From an uncultured virus (IMG/VR IMGVR_UViG_3300013845_000001) (lineage: Duplodnaviria > Heunggongvirae > Uroviricota > Caudoviricetes), in IMG/VR virus record IMGVR_UViG_3300013845_000001, positions 108,565 through 128,564 of that record: DNA of 20,000 nt; one strand, 5' to 3'. The position numbers were made by a program, and so were the translations under genes. This document shows positions 6,501-15,687 of the stretch, piece after piece (the first letter of the stretch is position 1; each line of letters starts with the position of its first letter). The notes under the pieces are model-generated. The model had not been told where the DNA came from, ran no database searches, and saw nothing but the letters and a program-made list of their open reading frames with translations.

Positions 6501-8476
6501 GAGCAGACAAGTCCTCACAAGAGTATATTGATCTGAAAAGTGAAATTGCTGATGCAGAGAATAATGTATATGCTCTAAAAAAGGCGCAGGAAGAATACAG
6601 TAACCAACTACTCCAAATGCCAATAGACCACCTCTCCACATTAGTTTCGATGTATCAGGATATTGGAACCGCTATTTCGGATTGGGGAGCCGAGGTTGAG
6701 GCCTCTGGAAAGAAATTGGACGCAGGATATTACCAGCGTTTAATATCTAATAGTGCAAAAGTCGTAGATAATTTGAAAGAACAAGCATCATTAATTGAAG
6801 ATACCATGTCTGAATATGAAGTGGGAAGTGACCGCTACCTTGAACTCTATAATCAGTTACGGTCTGTTAACTCTGAAATGTCTACCACCGTCCAGAACAT
6901 GCGTAAGCTAAATGAAGAGATGTTGAAACTTCCGCTTGAAAATATCGGTAGTTTTTCAACAGAGTTGCAGAAAGTAGCAGATGCATTAAGCAAGGTGCAA
7001 GAAGAACAGGATTTAGTTATCTCGGCAGTCACGAACGCTATTCAGAAACAGATTGATGTTATTAACGACCAGAAAAACGCATACCAGGAAGCTAACGAAT
7101 CACAGAAGAAGGGTTTAAAGGATAAACTTGACTTACTTCAAAAGCAGAATACCCAATTAAAGCGACAGACCGACTATGAACAGTCTTTATATGATCTTCA
7201 AAAAGTGAACCAGCAAGCCACCGAGGCTGTAATTCGTGATGGAGAAAAAGTTTATGAGGTAAACGCAGATAAGCAAAGAGAAGCTCTCGAAAAAGTTCAA
7301 GATGCAAAATTCGCTCTCGAAACCGGAAAGATTCAAGATGAAATTGACGCACTCGATGAAGCGCTTGAAAAACAGAATGAATTATATGATTCACAGATAA
7401 AGAATCTTGAAACTATTGCAGATCGATGGAAACAAATTGCAGAGAACATCAAAATTGCACAGGACGAAGCAAAGGCCGATGATATTCTAGGCGCCGGCTG
7501 GAAAGACAAGATACTCTCTGGTAATGACACTGCCCTATTTAATACATTCTCAGGAATGTACGCAAACACCGCTGAACAGCTCAAAAAGTATCAAGATCAA
7601 ATAGACTCCACAAATAATATTCAGTCATTGTTAGAGGATTACATTGCTTCATATAAGGAAGGAACAATCACTTACGATGAAGCCGTAAAAGGTATCAATA
7701 ATCTCCTATCTCAGCTCAATCAGAAAATGTCTGCCACAGATAATTTGAAGAATATCTTTGATTATTTAGGTACCGTAAATGACACGGCTGCTAACGCAGA
7801 TGCGATTCTGACGGGTATCCAAAGTGGATTGAAAGATACTGCCACTGAGTTACTAAAGTCCTTAGAACAGTACAATAAGAATGCTGGAATGATATCTGAA
7901 TATACGTCTAGTTGGCAGAAACTTACCGACAACGTGTCTTCAATGCTTGAAGTGCTAAAAGAAGTCAGAAACAATTTAGAAGATAGTTATGATTATGAGC
8001 GAGATCGTGACAATGATAATACTAGATATGGAGGAGGAAAAGACGGAAGTCCCGGAACTCCCGGAAAGGGCGACTACGTAAATAGTGGCCCTGGTGTATA
8101 TGCTGATGGCATCAAAAATGGACTTGTTGGGAAATCTACAGATTCTGAGCGAGAAAAGATGCTCAAACATCTTGCTACAAATAATTTGAAGCCGGGAGAA
8201 GTTCCAATACTTGCTCATGAGGGAGAGGCTATCTTTAATGATGAACAACAGAATAATCTTCTAAAGAACTTGGCGTCTGCTAATAGTTTTAAGCCTAATA
8301 TTCCTGATTATGGCAGTTTTCTAAATCAAATTACAGTAAGAGAATCGACTCCAAAGCAAGAGTTTAATTTTGGGGATATCAACATTCAGAAATGTGATGC
8401 TCCAGATCAATTAGCACAAGGAATATTAGATGGTAAACTTGCATTGGCATTAGGACAAAGACTCGGAAAAAGATAA
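3530..8476 (+). CDS. Phage tail tape measure protein, downstream exon (ORF track 3527-8476, 1649 aa)
   Basis: Long Ala/Leu-rich helical and coiled-coil protein with a hydrophobic MANPLIAIGMAVTAI segment and C-terminal GEVPILAHEGEAIF motif, upstream of tail genes. ATG 3527 has no RBS. Confidence 0.9.
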   Translation, partial: QLKDLGNLSNVLKNINSSNNIADSFNALEVSMQKCVLASGKLSVAQLDAINSGTIWKTNIDGTMVSVSGLSKTELEAAISTTTLSASQTTATATTTGFGTALKGLWATMMANPLIAIGMAVTAISTAWNIYNQSIEKTRQASADAAGALNETTSSINDYAEKYKKLHDELVKANTTEERQHEIKSDLLALQQELNDKYGDEYGKLNLVTDAYNDQTDAILARNKAAAQNYLLENRKGIADATKQMEQDRTYTLGSTGNLSNDYAKEIYSIASKYSNQGIKLESLKNNGVDAYTIKFFGNAENAEKVIRNLSNEIQDLGNKYEDNNFINGFLDNSTNALKENQKILDKYDEIYNSALMSQIATDNELSEGYNKATNAVKAYNDALISGDESKILSARDDLREVKNSIDLTSDNWKRYGNVMTDIFDQANTGLYDFRDALSSNNDNIKDYAKNLKGLSKTDVLSMANDGKDDSFDKIVESANKYGLSINQVIDELVRLKFVQDDVAKSGEVAFTPLSKQEVISNINSLSEGFESLDKIMKSISDKDNPFDYALLDDKKFKDNFKDLGESYTDFVEKVSSSPKDINITKSAFNDLVTTWIDSSGVLNGLTDENANLATAMLQNMGVANAEEVVMSRLAIAQEHLAAEKAYTAEVSNDLANATASEIPGIIDEATQSDIAKVALAGLVLEKEFFNGNALDTSGDIQNIISLIGVIGTANTALKALNTLKAGGNVGGNIGGKEGYDALVRNAQQEVDEAIKAASEYKGKGSSVNASYTGGTKTNKPSSGSKKDKKDTEKPIDWIERQLKLLKDKRSELVSKISDTYSAFSTATHDQILELDKTLIDEYANAVNQYQQEYDKAVSKISAQNKAKIENGSMSVDTLSGTELENVQSAMDAYDKLAGTQKEQSEAQKTHLDDIKSKYDAISKSIENENNKLKDSNSILESQMEYYKSSGIVIDSSFYDRLIRNTSGLISNARDTISNKRAELRDLLANGADKSSQEYIDLKSEIADAENNVYALKKAQEEYSNQLLQMPIDHLSTLVSMYQDIGTAISDWGAEVEASGKKLDAGYYQRLISNSAKVVDNLKEQASLIEDTMSEYEVGSDRYLELYNQLRSVNSEMSTTVQNMRKLNEEMLKLPLENIGSFSTELQKVADALSKVQEEQDLVISAVTNAIQKQIDVINDQKNAYQEANESQKKGLKDKLDLLQKQNTQLKRQTDYEQSLYDLQKVNQQATEAVIRDGEKVYEVNADKQREALEKVQDAKFALETGKIQDEIDALDEALEKQNELYDSQIKNLETIADRWKQIAENIKIAQDEAKADDILGAGWKDKILSGNDTALFNTFSGMYANTAEQLKKYQDQIDSTNNIQSLLEDYIASYKEGTITYDEAVKGINNLLSQLNQKMSATDNLKNIFDYLGTVNDTAANADAILTGIQSGLKDTATELLKSLEQYNKNAGMISEYTSSWQKLTDNVSSMLEVLKEVRNNLEDSYDYERDRDNDNTRYGGGKDGSPGTPGKGDYVNSGPGVYADGIKNGLVGKSTDSEREKMLKHLATNNLKPGEVPILAHEGEAIFNDEQQNNLLKNLASANSFKPNIPDYGSFLNQITVRESTPKQEFNFGDINIQKCDAPDQLAQGILDGKLALALGQRLGKR

Positions 8477-8484
8477 AATGTTAA

Positions 8485-8518
8485 GAGGAATCTGGAGATA
8501 TCTGGATTCCTCATTTTT
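8485..8518 (+). terminator. Terminator-like hairpin after the tape measure gene
   Basis: GAGGAATCTGGA-gata-TCTGGATTCCTC followed by ATTTTT. Confidence 0.6.
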
Positions 8519-8520
8519 GA

Positions 8521-9165
8521 ATGGTAGGTGATGAATTGAATTTAAATTGGCAAGAAGTATTCAATAAATTTTCTGATGATTTAGTAAATGCTTTTGATTT
8601 ATTTACAGGCAATTTGAAATTAACTAAAGTATTTAAAGCTACTATAATTGAAAAAATAAATGACACAGTATATAAGGTTTTATATAAAAATGCAGAATAT
8701 AAAGTGAAATCATACTATGACTTGATTATTGGAGATATAGTATGGGTATGTGCACCCGGAGGAGATTGGGATTCATTATTCGTGCAAAGTTATAATGGGT
8801 TTTTGGATCGAATAGTCACCACAGATAAGGTTGTAAACAATTTAACCACTAACGTAGCTGGCACTGTATTAGACGGCAGAATGGGAAAGAGTTTAAAGGA
8901 TCAGCTTGATACGGTAAATAGCAATTTGACTAATGTATTGATGCTTAGAGGTTATGCGTCAGGGAACGCAAATAATTATTCAGAAACTGGCATTTATCAG
9001 ATCATATCTTCGGAAGGGTCGACTATGCTGAATCTCGGTTTTAAAGGTCCCAGTATCTTTTTGGTATATGCAACCTCTAACTACATAGCTCAAGAACAGA
9101 TTTATGCAGATGGATCACTTAAAAGGTTCAGGAATAGCGCTGGAGAATGGTCGGCATGGAAATGA
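8521..9165 (+). CDS. Phage tail spike/fibre-like protein with switchable C-terminus (current tip pyocin-knob-like)
   Basis: Linker VVNNLTTNVAGTVLDGRMGKSLKDQLDTVNSNL typical of fibre proteins. Tip GNANNYSETGIY...RFRNSAGEWSAWK. Real start may be TTG 8536 after the AGGTGA RBS. Confidence 0.75.
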   Translation: MVGDELNLNWQEVFNKFSDDLVNAFDLFTGNLKLTKVFKATIIEKINDTVYKVLYKNAEYKVKSYYDLIIGDIVWVCAPGGDWDSLFVQSYNGFLDRIVTTDKVVNNLTTNVAGTVLDGRMGKSLKDQLDTVNSNLTNVLMLRGYASGNANNYSETGIYQIISSEGSTMLNLGFKGPSIFLVYATSNYIAQEQIYADGSLKRFRNSAGEWSAWK

Positions 9166-9392
9166 TCATTTCGTCCACACAGTAGCCCAGACACCATCAA
9201 TACTTCTAGCATACACAAGCGGACCATCGTCGTAAATTTCAAGCTGGTAAAAAGATGTGGCTGACACGGTGAACCTTATGTATGTTCTATCGCCTGCACG
9301 TCCAAATGTAACATTGGCTAATGCATCTAAGCCACCAGTAACTTTTCCGATTAAATCGCTTTTATCAGCTTTGTTATTTAAATTGCTATTTA
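8915..9392. repeat. Invertible segment bounded by 13-bp perfect inverted repeats TAAATAGCAATTT
   Basis: Repeat at 8915-8927 (+) and 9380-9392 (-). Both copies are read in the same frame (xNSNL). Confidence 0.85.
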
Positions 9393-9393
9393 A
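9166..9393 (-). other. Silent alternative C-terminal cassette (75 aa, no start codon)
   Basis: Open frame LNSNLNNKADKSDLIGKVTGGLDALANVTFGRAGDRTYIRFTVSATSFYQLEIYDDGPLVYARSIDGVWATVWTK*. Its stop abuts the stop of 8521-9165 (AAATGA|TCATTT). Confidence 0.85.
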
Positions 9394-9427
9394 CTAAGTT
9401 TTATTTTTACAATAGAAAGGAAATTTT

Positions 9428-9817
9428 ATGGATAAATTAATTTTATATGATTCAACATCAATTGAAATAGAGGAGGAAAGTTCCGAATATTCTTTTACAA
9501 AATCTTTTAATTCCATTGATGAGTTTTATACAACACTCATACTACTTACTGAAACAAATCTGAGTTCATATACTATAAAAAATAGTTCAGGACTTATTTC
9601 TGCTACATACTCAAATAAAAGATGTAAGTCAACTTCCGTGACAATAACATGGAACGATGACGAAGAAATATCTGGTTTTCTCGTAGTATTCACATTGGAA
9701 GATATAGATTTAATTGAAAAGGAGCTTAAAAATTTAAGAGCTAGCCAAAAAGCTCAAAACTCTGCAATTATTGAACTTGCAGCGCTAATTACAGAATTAA
9801 AAGGAGGTACTGAATAA
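9428..9817 (+). CDS. Hypothetical phage tail-associated protein (possible fibre assembly chaperone)
   Basis: AAAGGA RBS. C-terminal coiled coil ending AIIELA. Lies between the fibre gene and a CD1375-like gene. Confidence 0.7.
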   Translation: MDKLILYDSTSIEIEEESSEYSFTKSFNSIDEFYTTLILLTETNLSSYTIKNSSGLISATYSNKRCKSTSVTITWNDDEEISGFLVVFTLEDIDLIEKELKNLRASQKAQNSAIIELAALITELKGGTE

Positions 9818-9921
9818 TGGTAGATTTATATGTAAATATGATTATAAATGACGAATATAGTATAGATGACGTTCTTGAACCATGGAGAGCCGCAGTTGAA
9901 GAGGCGTTAATGAAGCGATAA
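9817..9921 (+). CDS. CD1375/XkdX-like small phage protein (34 aa, MVDLYVNMIINDEYSIDDVLEPWRAAVEEALMKR), not in ORF track
   Basis: AAGGAGG RBS, TAATG stop/start overlap, Y..I....IDDV...WR..VE pattern. Confidence 0.75.
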   Translation: MVDLYVNMIINDEYSIDDVLEPWRAAVEEALMKR

Positions 9922-9934
9922 GGGGGTACGACCG

Positions 9935-11605
9935 ATGTACGCAACAATACATACAATAGCTCCATTTGATTCTTCTGTCGGTACAAATATTAACTTCACT
10001 TGGTCTGGTAATCAAATCTATAAAGTGAGATGTATCATAAAAAATAATGCTACGGGAGTAACGGCATACGATAGTACAATAGATACAATGAAGCAAGTCT
10101 ATATTCTTCCACCCACTCCCACCTTAATAAATGGTACAAAATACGTAGCCTATATCACTGTATTTGATGTAAACAATAATGAATCTACAATACAGAATAT
10201 AGGTACTCCATTCTATTGTTTTACAACCCCAACCTTCAATTTATCAGTTTCAAATGGAGACATTATCAGAGCATCATCATATTCTATCGGGTTAACTTAT
10301 TCGCAGGTCGAAAGTGAATTATTAAACTGGTTTAATATTACGTTGTATAGTTATCAAAAGACACTTGTTGATTCGTCTGGACAAATATATGACACGACTA
10401 ATCTATCCTATATCGTAAGTAATTTGCAAAATGCAACCCAATATTATATCCGTGCTACAGGGGAAACCGTAAACGGAATGAGCTTGGATACAGGATATGT
10501 ACTTGTCACTGTATCATACACTACTGCCCAAGTTTTCAGTACATTAGAATTAAATAATATATCAGATACTGGTGCGATTGAAATAAAAAGCAATATAATT
10601 TCAGCCGAAGGAGAATCAGAATCGGATGTTACATACATAGATGGCGAATCGGCAGATTTGCGTGATAATAGTGTAATATTTAAGGAAGGATTTTTGTTAG
10701 ATGGAGATTTTACAAAAATATATAAGTTTAGCAAGGCAACCAGAAACAAATCAATTATTACATTCGGAACCACAGATGGTTTGACTGTAAATGTGTACTA
10801 TCGTATTGGGAGTTGGTCGGATTCTGATGGTGAAAAAGCATACTTTGAACTAGTTGCTAATTCATGTGGGATAAATTATATTTCAAATAGTGGATACGTT
10901 GCTACACATTCAGACGATTATCACCAGTATTCGTTGTTGATTAATCGAGTCAATGGTTTATTTGATTTAAAAGCAGAGGTTGTCAGTTCAGTAATTAGAT
11001 ATTCCGCAAGTGCAGATGGTAGTAATATGACAACCACGAAACAAAGTAATTCTGCTTATGTTGGAGTTTGTGATGTACCAGACGAGATAATTACGTTGTG
11101 GGAGAGTAGCGGAAGGAATCTACTAAGGTATAGCGATTTTAAAGAATTAAATTCAAGTTGGTATTCAGTAAGGGGGAGTGCTTATTCGTTATCCATCGAC
11201 GATAATATTACTAATGGGCATAAATCATTAAAGATAATAGGTAATGCTGCGGGACAGGCTGGCCAAGATATACAGTTTAAGACTGCTATAACAGCTAATG
11301 ATGGTGAACACTGTGTTTTGTCGTTCTATGCTAAATCCAATGTTGAATGTGTTCTTTCTGCGAGGTGGGGGCTTACTTCATCATATAAAATAGTACAAGT
11401 TACAAATGAGTGGATTAAGTATACTATGGAACTACCTAGAAACCTAAGCCAACCTCACGATTCTATATACATTATTTTTAACAAAATAGGAGAGTTCTAT
11501 ATTAATAGTCCAAAATTAGAGAGAGGTTCCACCGCAACTCCCTGGACACCCGCTCCTTCTGATTATATTTCAGACAATACTAATTACACTTGGACTGCAC
11601 TATAA
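9935..11605 (+). CDS. Phage tail/baseplate protein with Ig/FN3-like N-terminus and C-terminal carbohydrate-binding-like domain
   Basis: Beta-rich. LQNATQYYIRATG is FN3-like. GRNLL...PKLERGSTATPWTPAP brackets the CBM-like domain typical of tail proteins. Confidence 0.75.
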   Translation: MYATIHTIAPFDSSVGTNINFTWSGNQIYKVRCIIKNNATGVTAYDSTIDTMKQVYILPPTPTLINGTKYVAYITVFDVNNNESTIQNIGTPFYCFTTPTFNLSVSNGDIIRASSYSIGLTYSQVESELLNWFNITLYSYQKTLVDSSGQIYDTTNLSYIVSNLQNATQYYIRATGETVNGMSLDTGYVLVTVSYTTAQVFSTLELNNISDTGAIEIKSNIISAEGESESDVTYIDGESADLRDNSVIFKEGFLLDGDFTKIYKFSKATRNKSIITFGTTDGLTVNVYYRIGSWSDSDGEKAYFELVANSCGINYISNSGYVATHSDDYHQYSLLINRVNGLFDLKAEVVSSVIRYSASADGSNMTTTKQSNSAYVGVCDVPDEIITLWESSGRNLLRYSDFKELNSSWYSVRGSAYSLSIDDNITNGHKSLKIIGNAAGQAGQDIQFKTAITANDGEHCVLSFYAKSNVECVLSARWGLTSSYKIVQVTNEWIKYTMELPRNLSQPHDSIYIIFNKIGEFYINSPKLERGSTATPWTPAPSDYISDNTNYTWTAL

Positions 11606-11623
11606 TGAAAGGAGATTTAACTT

Positions 11624-12517
11624 ATGATATTAGGATACAGTTTCGCGGCATCAAAAGAATCATTTAGTACATCTCCTGCCGCTTCGACTGCGATAGATTA
11701 TATTACAATAAAATCGGCGATTTATGATGAAATGTATGCTTCGTCTGAAGTCATAGAGACAGACGATTTTGATGGCTCTATACCGTCTACATGGGATAAT
11801 GATACCAGATTACATGCATATTTCCAAGAAGATTTATATGCAGGTAACGTAAACTTTACCGAAGATATAGTTGAGTCAGTGAGAATTAAACGGAAAACAT
11901 CTAAAGATAGCAAATACAAAACGATTTACGAAAAGACAATTACAACGAAAGAAGATTTTGCAATAGATCTTATGCACTATTATGCTCCTGTTGGTTCTGT
12001 ATCATTTGCATATGTGCCAGTAATATCAGGCGGAGAAAGTGATTATATTATCAACACAGTAGAGTCAAAATTTGACTCTTATTTTATTTGTGAAAATAAT
12101 GTATCATACCCAATGGTTTTGGATACCAATTTCAATAAAAAGCGCATTCAGCGAACAGGACTGATTGAACCACTTGGCAGAGAAAAAGCCATTATTTTCA
12201 AGGGTGGAAGAACAAATTACATTACAGGAGACATTGAGTGTTGCTTTATTGATAACACAAATTGTGTGTGGCAAACAGAAACGTCATGGGATTATCGTAA
12301 TACCATTTATGACTTCTTAACGAATAGCAATGTAAAAATTCTCAAGGATTATTTTGGTAATGTATGGTTGATTGGAGTTACTAGTGATGAAATAACTGAG
12401 GAATCTGATCATCCACTCCATGTAATATCTAAGTTTAGTATTGCAGAATGTGGAGATGCATATAGCACAAATGATTTGTATTATAATGGTTTGCTTGATA
12501 CAAATATAGATGGATAG
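11624..12517 (+). CDS. Phage tail protein (distal-tail-like)
   Basis: AAAGGAG RBS. C-terminal FLTN..VKILKD..G motif. Position in tail operon. Confidence 0.65.
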   Translation: MILGYSFAASKESFSTSPAASTAIDYITIKSAIYDEMYASSEVIETDDFDGSIPSTWDNDTRLHAYFQEDLYAGNVNFTEDIVESVRIKRKTSKDSKYKTIYEKTITTKEDFAIDLMHYYAPVGSVSFAYVPVISGGESDYIINTVESKFDSYFICENNVSYPMVLDTNFNKKRIQRTGLIEPLGREKAIIFKGGRTNYITGDIECCFIDNTNCVWQTETSWDYRNTIYDFLTNSNVKILKDYFGNVWLIGVTSDEITEESDHPLHVISKFSIAECGDAYSTNDLYYNGLLDTNIDG

Positions 12518-12531
12518 ATTGGTGGTGAAAT

Positions 12532-14016
12532 ATGGGATACGTTGTTACACAGGAAGATATTAATATTTTACACCAAGGCGAACAAGAAATAAGAATCAAG
12601 GTAGAACTACTGAATCAGGATTTTAAGACATTGGATTCGCTAGAGGGGGTTATTATATCCGATAATTTCTCACAAGATTCTGAATCAATTCAGCGGAGAA
12701 CCTATTCTTGTGATATGGCAATTTTAGATTCAACCTTCATTATTGGTAGCGATAAGAAGATTTGGTTAGATAAAAGATTGAGAGTTTATTATGGTTTGCG
12801 AAGCCAAAGAAGTAAAGAAATAATATGGTATAAATTGGGGACTTTCTGTTATGTCAGCATGAAATATACCTATTCGAAGAATCAAAAGCTACTCGCTCTC
12901 ACTTGTGCCGATTTAATGACTCAATATGATGGAACTCTAAATGGTCAACTAATAGGTTATGGCTCCGCAAATGGCTCACCGAGTTATACTATTAAAAGTT
13001 TGTCCATTCCAGCTGGTGAGGACATCAGGACTTCGATTATTGGGACACTTAAATTAGCTGGAATTACCAATTACGTGGTAGAAGATATAGGCAAAGAAAT
13101 ACCTTACGATTTAACCTTTAGTACGGGTTCTACATTTGCCGATATATGGAAAAAGATAAGTGACTTATATGATTCTTGGGAATTCTTCTTTGATGAAGAT
13201 GGAGTGTTTGTATGGGGACAAATACCAACTTGCTTAGAAGAAGATGTAATCTTGAATGATGGAGTGTTAGAAGGATTGGTGACAAATGAGGAAACCTCAA
13301 GTGGTTTTTCTGGGATATATAATGTTACAGAGGTGTGGGGAAAGGTATTAGAACTTGAAAATAAAGATCGGTACTCTTCCACTTCTACATATTCAAATAA
13401 TACTTACACTGTTGCTTTTTCTGGATATTCATCTTGGGACGATGTAGATAATCTAACACAGTTAGCATTTAAAGTATCCACTACAAACTTGGATTCTCCT
13501 AAATTTTCAATAAACGGATATGCCGCTATTCCCATTGTAGACGGAGATGGAAAAACGTTGGAAGCGGGTGCACTTGAAAATAATACTATATACGTGTTTA
13601 GATATAGGCGCTCTATATCCGGGAACTCTCTTTATTTACTCGGAAATTTTCAATGCTATGGTAGATACGAAGAAAAATCAGAAGACTGTCCGTTTTCAAC
13701 AACAAAACTAGGCTATGAAATATTAAGGTCAGTTGAATATGATACATTAAGCGACGATGCAGCCTGTTATAATCAAGCAGAGTATTTAACATATCAAACC
13801 ACAGCAATGATGGATACAATTATGCTTAACCTGGTGGTAATTCCATGGTTGACCGTAAATAAAAAAATCGAATATACGCCAAAATATAACAACAAAAAAA
13901 GCCAATATATTATAAAAAACCTAAGTTGGAATTCTGGCAATGGAACAATGACAATGACTCTCTATAAGTTTATGGAGAGTTTTTCTTATGTTTACGATAG
14001 AAAATATAGAAACTAG
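12532..14016 (+). CDS. Phage tail tip/baseplate hub-like protein (DUF5048-like)
   Basis: IQRRT...KIWLDK...LG, WEFFFDEDGVF and IPWL.VN.KI motifs. Synteny. Confidence 0.7.
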   Translation: MGYVVTQEDINILHQGEQEIRIKVELLNQDFKTLDSLEGVIISDNFSQDSESIQRRTYSCDMAILDSTFIIGSDKKIWLDKRLRVYYGLRSQRSKEIIWYKLGTFCYVSMKYTYSKNQKLLALTCADLMTQYDGTLNGQLIGYGSANGSPSYTIKSLSIPAGEDIRTSIIGTLKLAGITNYVVEDIGKEIPYDLTFSTGSTFADIWKKISDLYDSWEFFFDEDGVFVWGQIPTCLEEDVILNDGVLEGLVTNEETSSGFSGIYNVTEVWGKVLELENKDRYSSTSTYSNNTYTVAFSGYSSWDDVDNLTQLAFKVSTTNLDSPKFSINGYAAIPIVDGDGKTLEAGALENNTIYVFRYRRSISGNSLYLLGNFQCYGRYEEKSEDCPFSTTKLGYEILRSVEYDTLSDDAACYNQAEYLTYQTTAMMDTIMLNLVVIPWLTVNKKIEYTPKYNNKKSQYIIKNLSWNSGNGTMTMTLYKFMESFSYVYDRKYRN

Positions 14017-14030
14017 AAAGGAGGAATTAA

Positions 14031-14651
14031 ATGGCTTACGAAGAATATCCACGTAGTCAATTTCCTGATGCAATAGATAATTTTGATAATATGCAGGATA
14101 TTACAGCAGCTTTAGTTGGTGCTATGGTGTCTTATCAAACGGCTATAACAAATAAGGATTTCACAACCGCTGCGAATGTGATAACTAATAATCCGGATTT
14201 ATTGAAGGTTTTAATAAATGCAGATAGAATAAATTCACTACAAGACGCAATTAAGGCAATTGAGAAATATTATAAAGATGACGTTGGAAACATGGTAACT
14301 CATATTGCTCAGAACACAATTGGAATTAACGATATGGCTACCGGTAATGATAAGAAGACAAATGCTTATTCAGCAGAAAAAACAGAGTATCTTTCAGGTG
14401 TGGTTATCGCGTCTAATATTAAAATTCCAATAAGTTCATGGGGAAGTAATTTGACTTATGTATATAGCAACTCTGCAATACTGGCAAATGATCGGGTAGA
14501 AATTGACTTTGTATCATCAAGCATATTAAATGCATCAAAAGCTTTAATCTATATACAAGATGACACAGGTGCTGGAAACATTACATTTAAAGCAAATAAA
14601 CTACCCAAATCAGAACTAATGATAAAAGAGATAAGGGTGGTGAGGAAATAA
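14031..14651 (+). CDS. Hypothetical phage tail/baseplate protein
   Basis: AAAGGAGG RBS. N-terminal S.FP..ID and INA..IN.LQDAI.AIE motifs. Confidence 0.65.
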   Translation: MAYEEYPRSQFPDAIDNFDNMQDITAALVGAMVSYQTAITNKDFTTAANVITNNPDLLKVLINADRINSLQDAIKAIEKYYKDDVGNMVTHIAQNTIGINDMATGNDKKTNAYSAEKTEYLSGVVIASNIKIPISSWGSNLTYVYSNSAILANDRVEIDFVSSSILNASKALIYIQDDTGAGNITFKANKLPKSELMIKEIRVVRK

Positions 14652-15526
14652 TGGCAAAAAGCGGCATTACAAATATTAGTGGCGGAGGAATTGGTTCTGA
14701 TGAACTAACTGCTACAAAGAAACAGGTGCTAAAGGGTAAAACATATGTTGGCGCAGATACAAATGATGAAATAGGTGCCGGAGAGTTGGATCTTGGCGTT
14801 ATATCTGCCGGCTCAGGCGATGTATTGGCTTCAAAGGTTATAGTTGATAAGGATGGGAATCCAATAACCGGGACATTGGCATTGACAGGAAATGCGTCAG
14901 ATGGTCAGGTATTGGCCGGGAGTACTTATTACAGCACCGATCCCAAGACCAAGCGGACGGGAACCATACCGAATAAAGGAACAGCAATTGCTAGTGTTGG
15001 AAGGGGACTTAATACTCAGGGATTATATTACCATATTCCAAAAGGATATTATGCAGAAGATCCTAATAACCCCTGGGTTTACAGTACAAGAGCAGAAGTA
15101 GCGAGTGCTATTGGATTGACAGCAGAAAAAATGGTGAAAGGACAGTCATGTTTAGATATGAACGGATCAACCGATTGGGTTTATAAACCTGCAAAAAACG
15201 AGGTTATTGTTGATATAACGAAAAGTCCATACGTTGTCTCAGGATTAACCAATTTGGAAGGAGCACAATGGGATACCGGGTTATTATGGCAAGGGTATAT
15301 TCACCCAGAGTGGCCGGTAGTATTTCTAAGATTCAATTTTGGACTCTATTGCGCTGTTGCCGAGGGTTTATCAGAACCTCTATTTGCCGTGGAGGATGGA
15401 AAAGCCTATAGGTTGGTGTATAACAGATCGAATGGATATACAAGTATATATCTTATATCAACGAGTTCAGCGTCAAATATATTCAGGGTTAGATGTAGCG
15501 GAGGATCATCAGCAAACCCTTATTAA
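14651..15526 (+). CDS. Phage tail fibre/receptor-binding-like protein
   Basis: Repeats TATKKQVLKGKTY / SAGSGDVLASKVI / NASDGQVLAGSTY. Coupled start. Last gene of the operon. Confidence 0.65.
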   Translation: MAKSGITNISGGGIGSDELTATKKQVLKGKTYVGADTNDEIGAGELDLGVISAGSGDVLASKVIVDKDGNPITGTLALTGNASDGQVLAGSTYYSTDPKTKRTGTIPNKGTAIASVGRGLNTQGLYYHIPKGYYAEDPNNPWVYSTRAEVASAIGLTAEKMVKGQSCLDMNGSTDWVYKPAKNEVIVDITKSPYVVSGLTNLEGAQWDTGLLWQGYIHPEWPVVFLRFNFGLYCAVAEGLSEPLFAVEDGKAYRLVYNRSNGYTSIYLISTSSASNIFRVRCSGGSSANPY

Positions 15527-15626
15527 GGTTTGGGCATTCAGGGTAATACACTGAATCTCTAAAAAAGAATACCTGAATGTCATCGGAAAAGAGTATAAGA
15601 AAGAATAATATGCATATATAACATTA

Positions 15627-15668
15627 AGGGAATAGTTGAGTATAATACTCTTCTATTCCCTATTTTTT
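15627..15668 (+). terminator. Intrinsic terminator ending the tail operon (possibly bidirectional)
   Basis: AGGGAATAG..GAGTA-taa-TACTC..CTATTCCCT followed by ATTTTTT. Confidence 0.7.
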
Positions 15669-15687
15669 ACTATATAAAAGCACTCTT

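Noticed and set aside
3517..8248. Minus-strand ORFs inside the TMP gene, and similar nested ORFs in the tail, ligase and dinB genes
   Set aside because: Shadow frames of long genuine genes, with no RBS or recognisable motifs.
9350..9364. Degenerate third inversion site (AAAAGCGATTTA on minus)
   Set aside because: Several mismatches to the 13-bp repeat and explained by coding (KSDL). Cannot be supported.
15481..15580. ATTCAGGGT direct repeat and partial inverted copy near the end of the last fibre gene as a DGR or second inversion system
   Set aside because: Too short, with no reverse transcriptase, template repeat or alternative cassette in the window.
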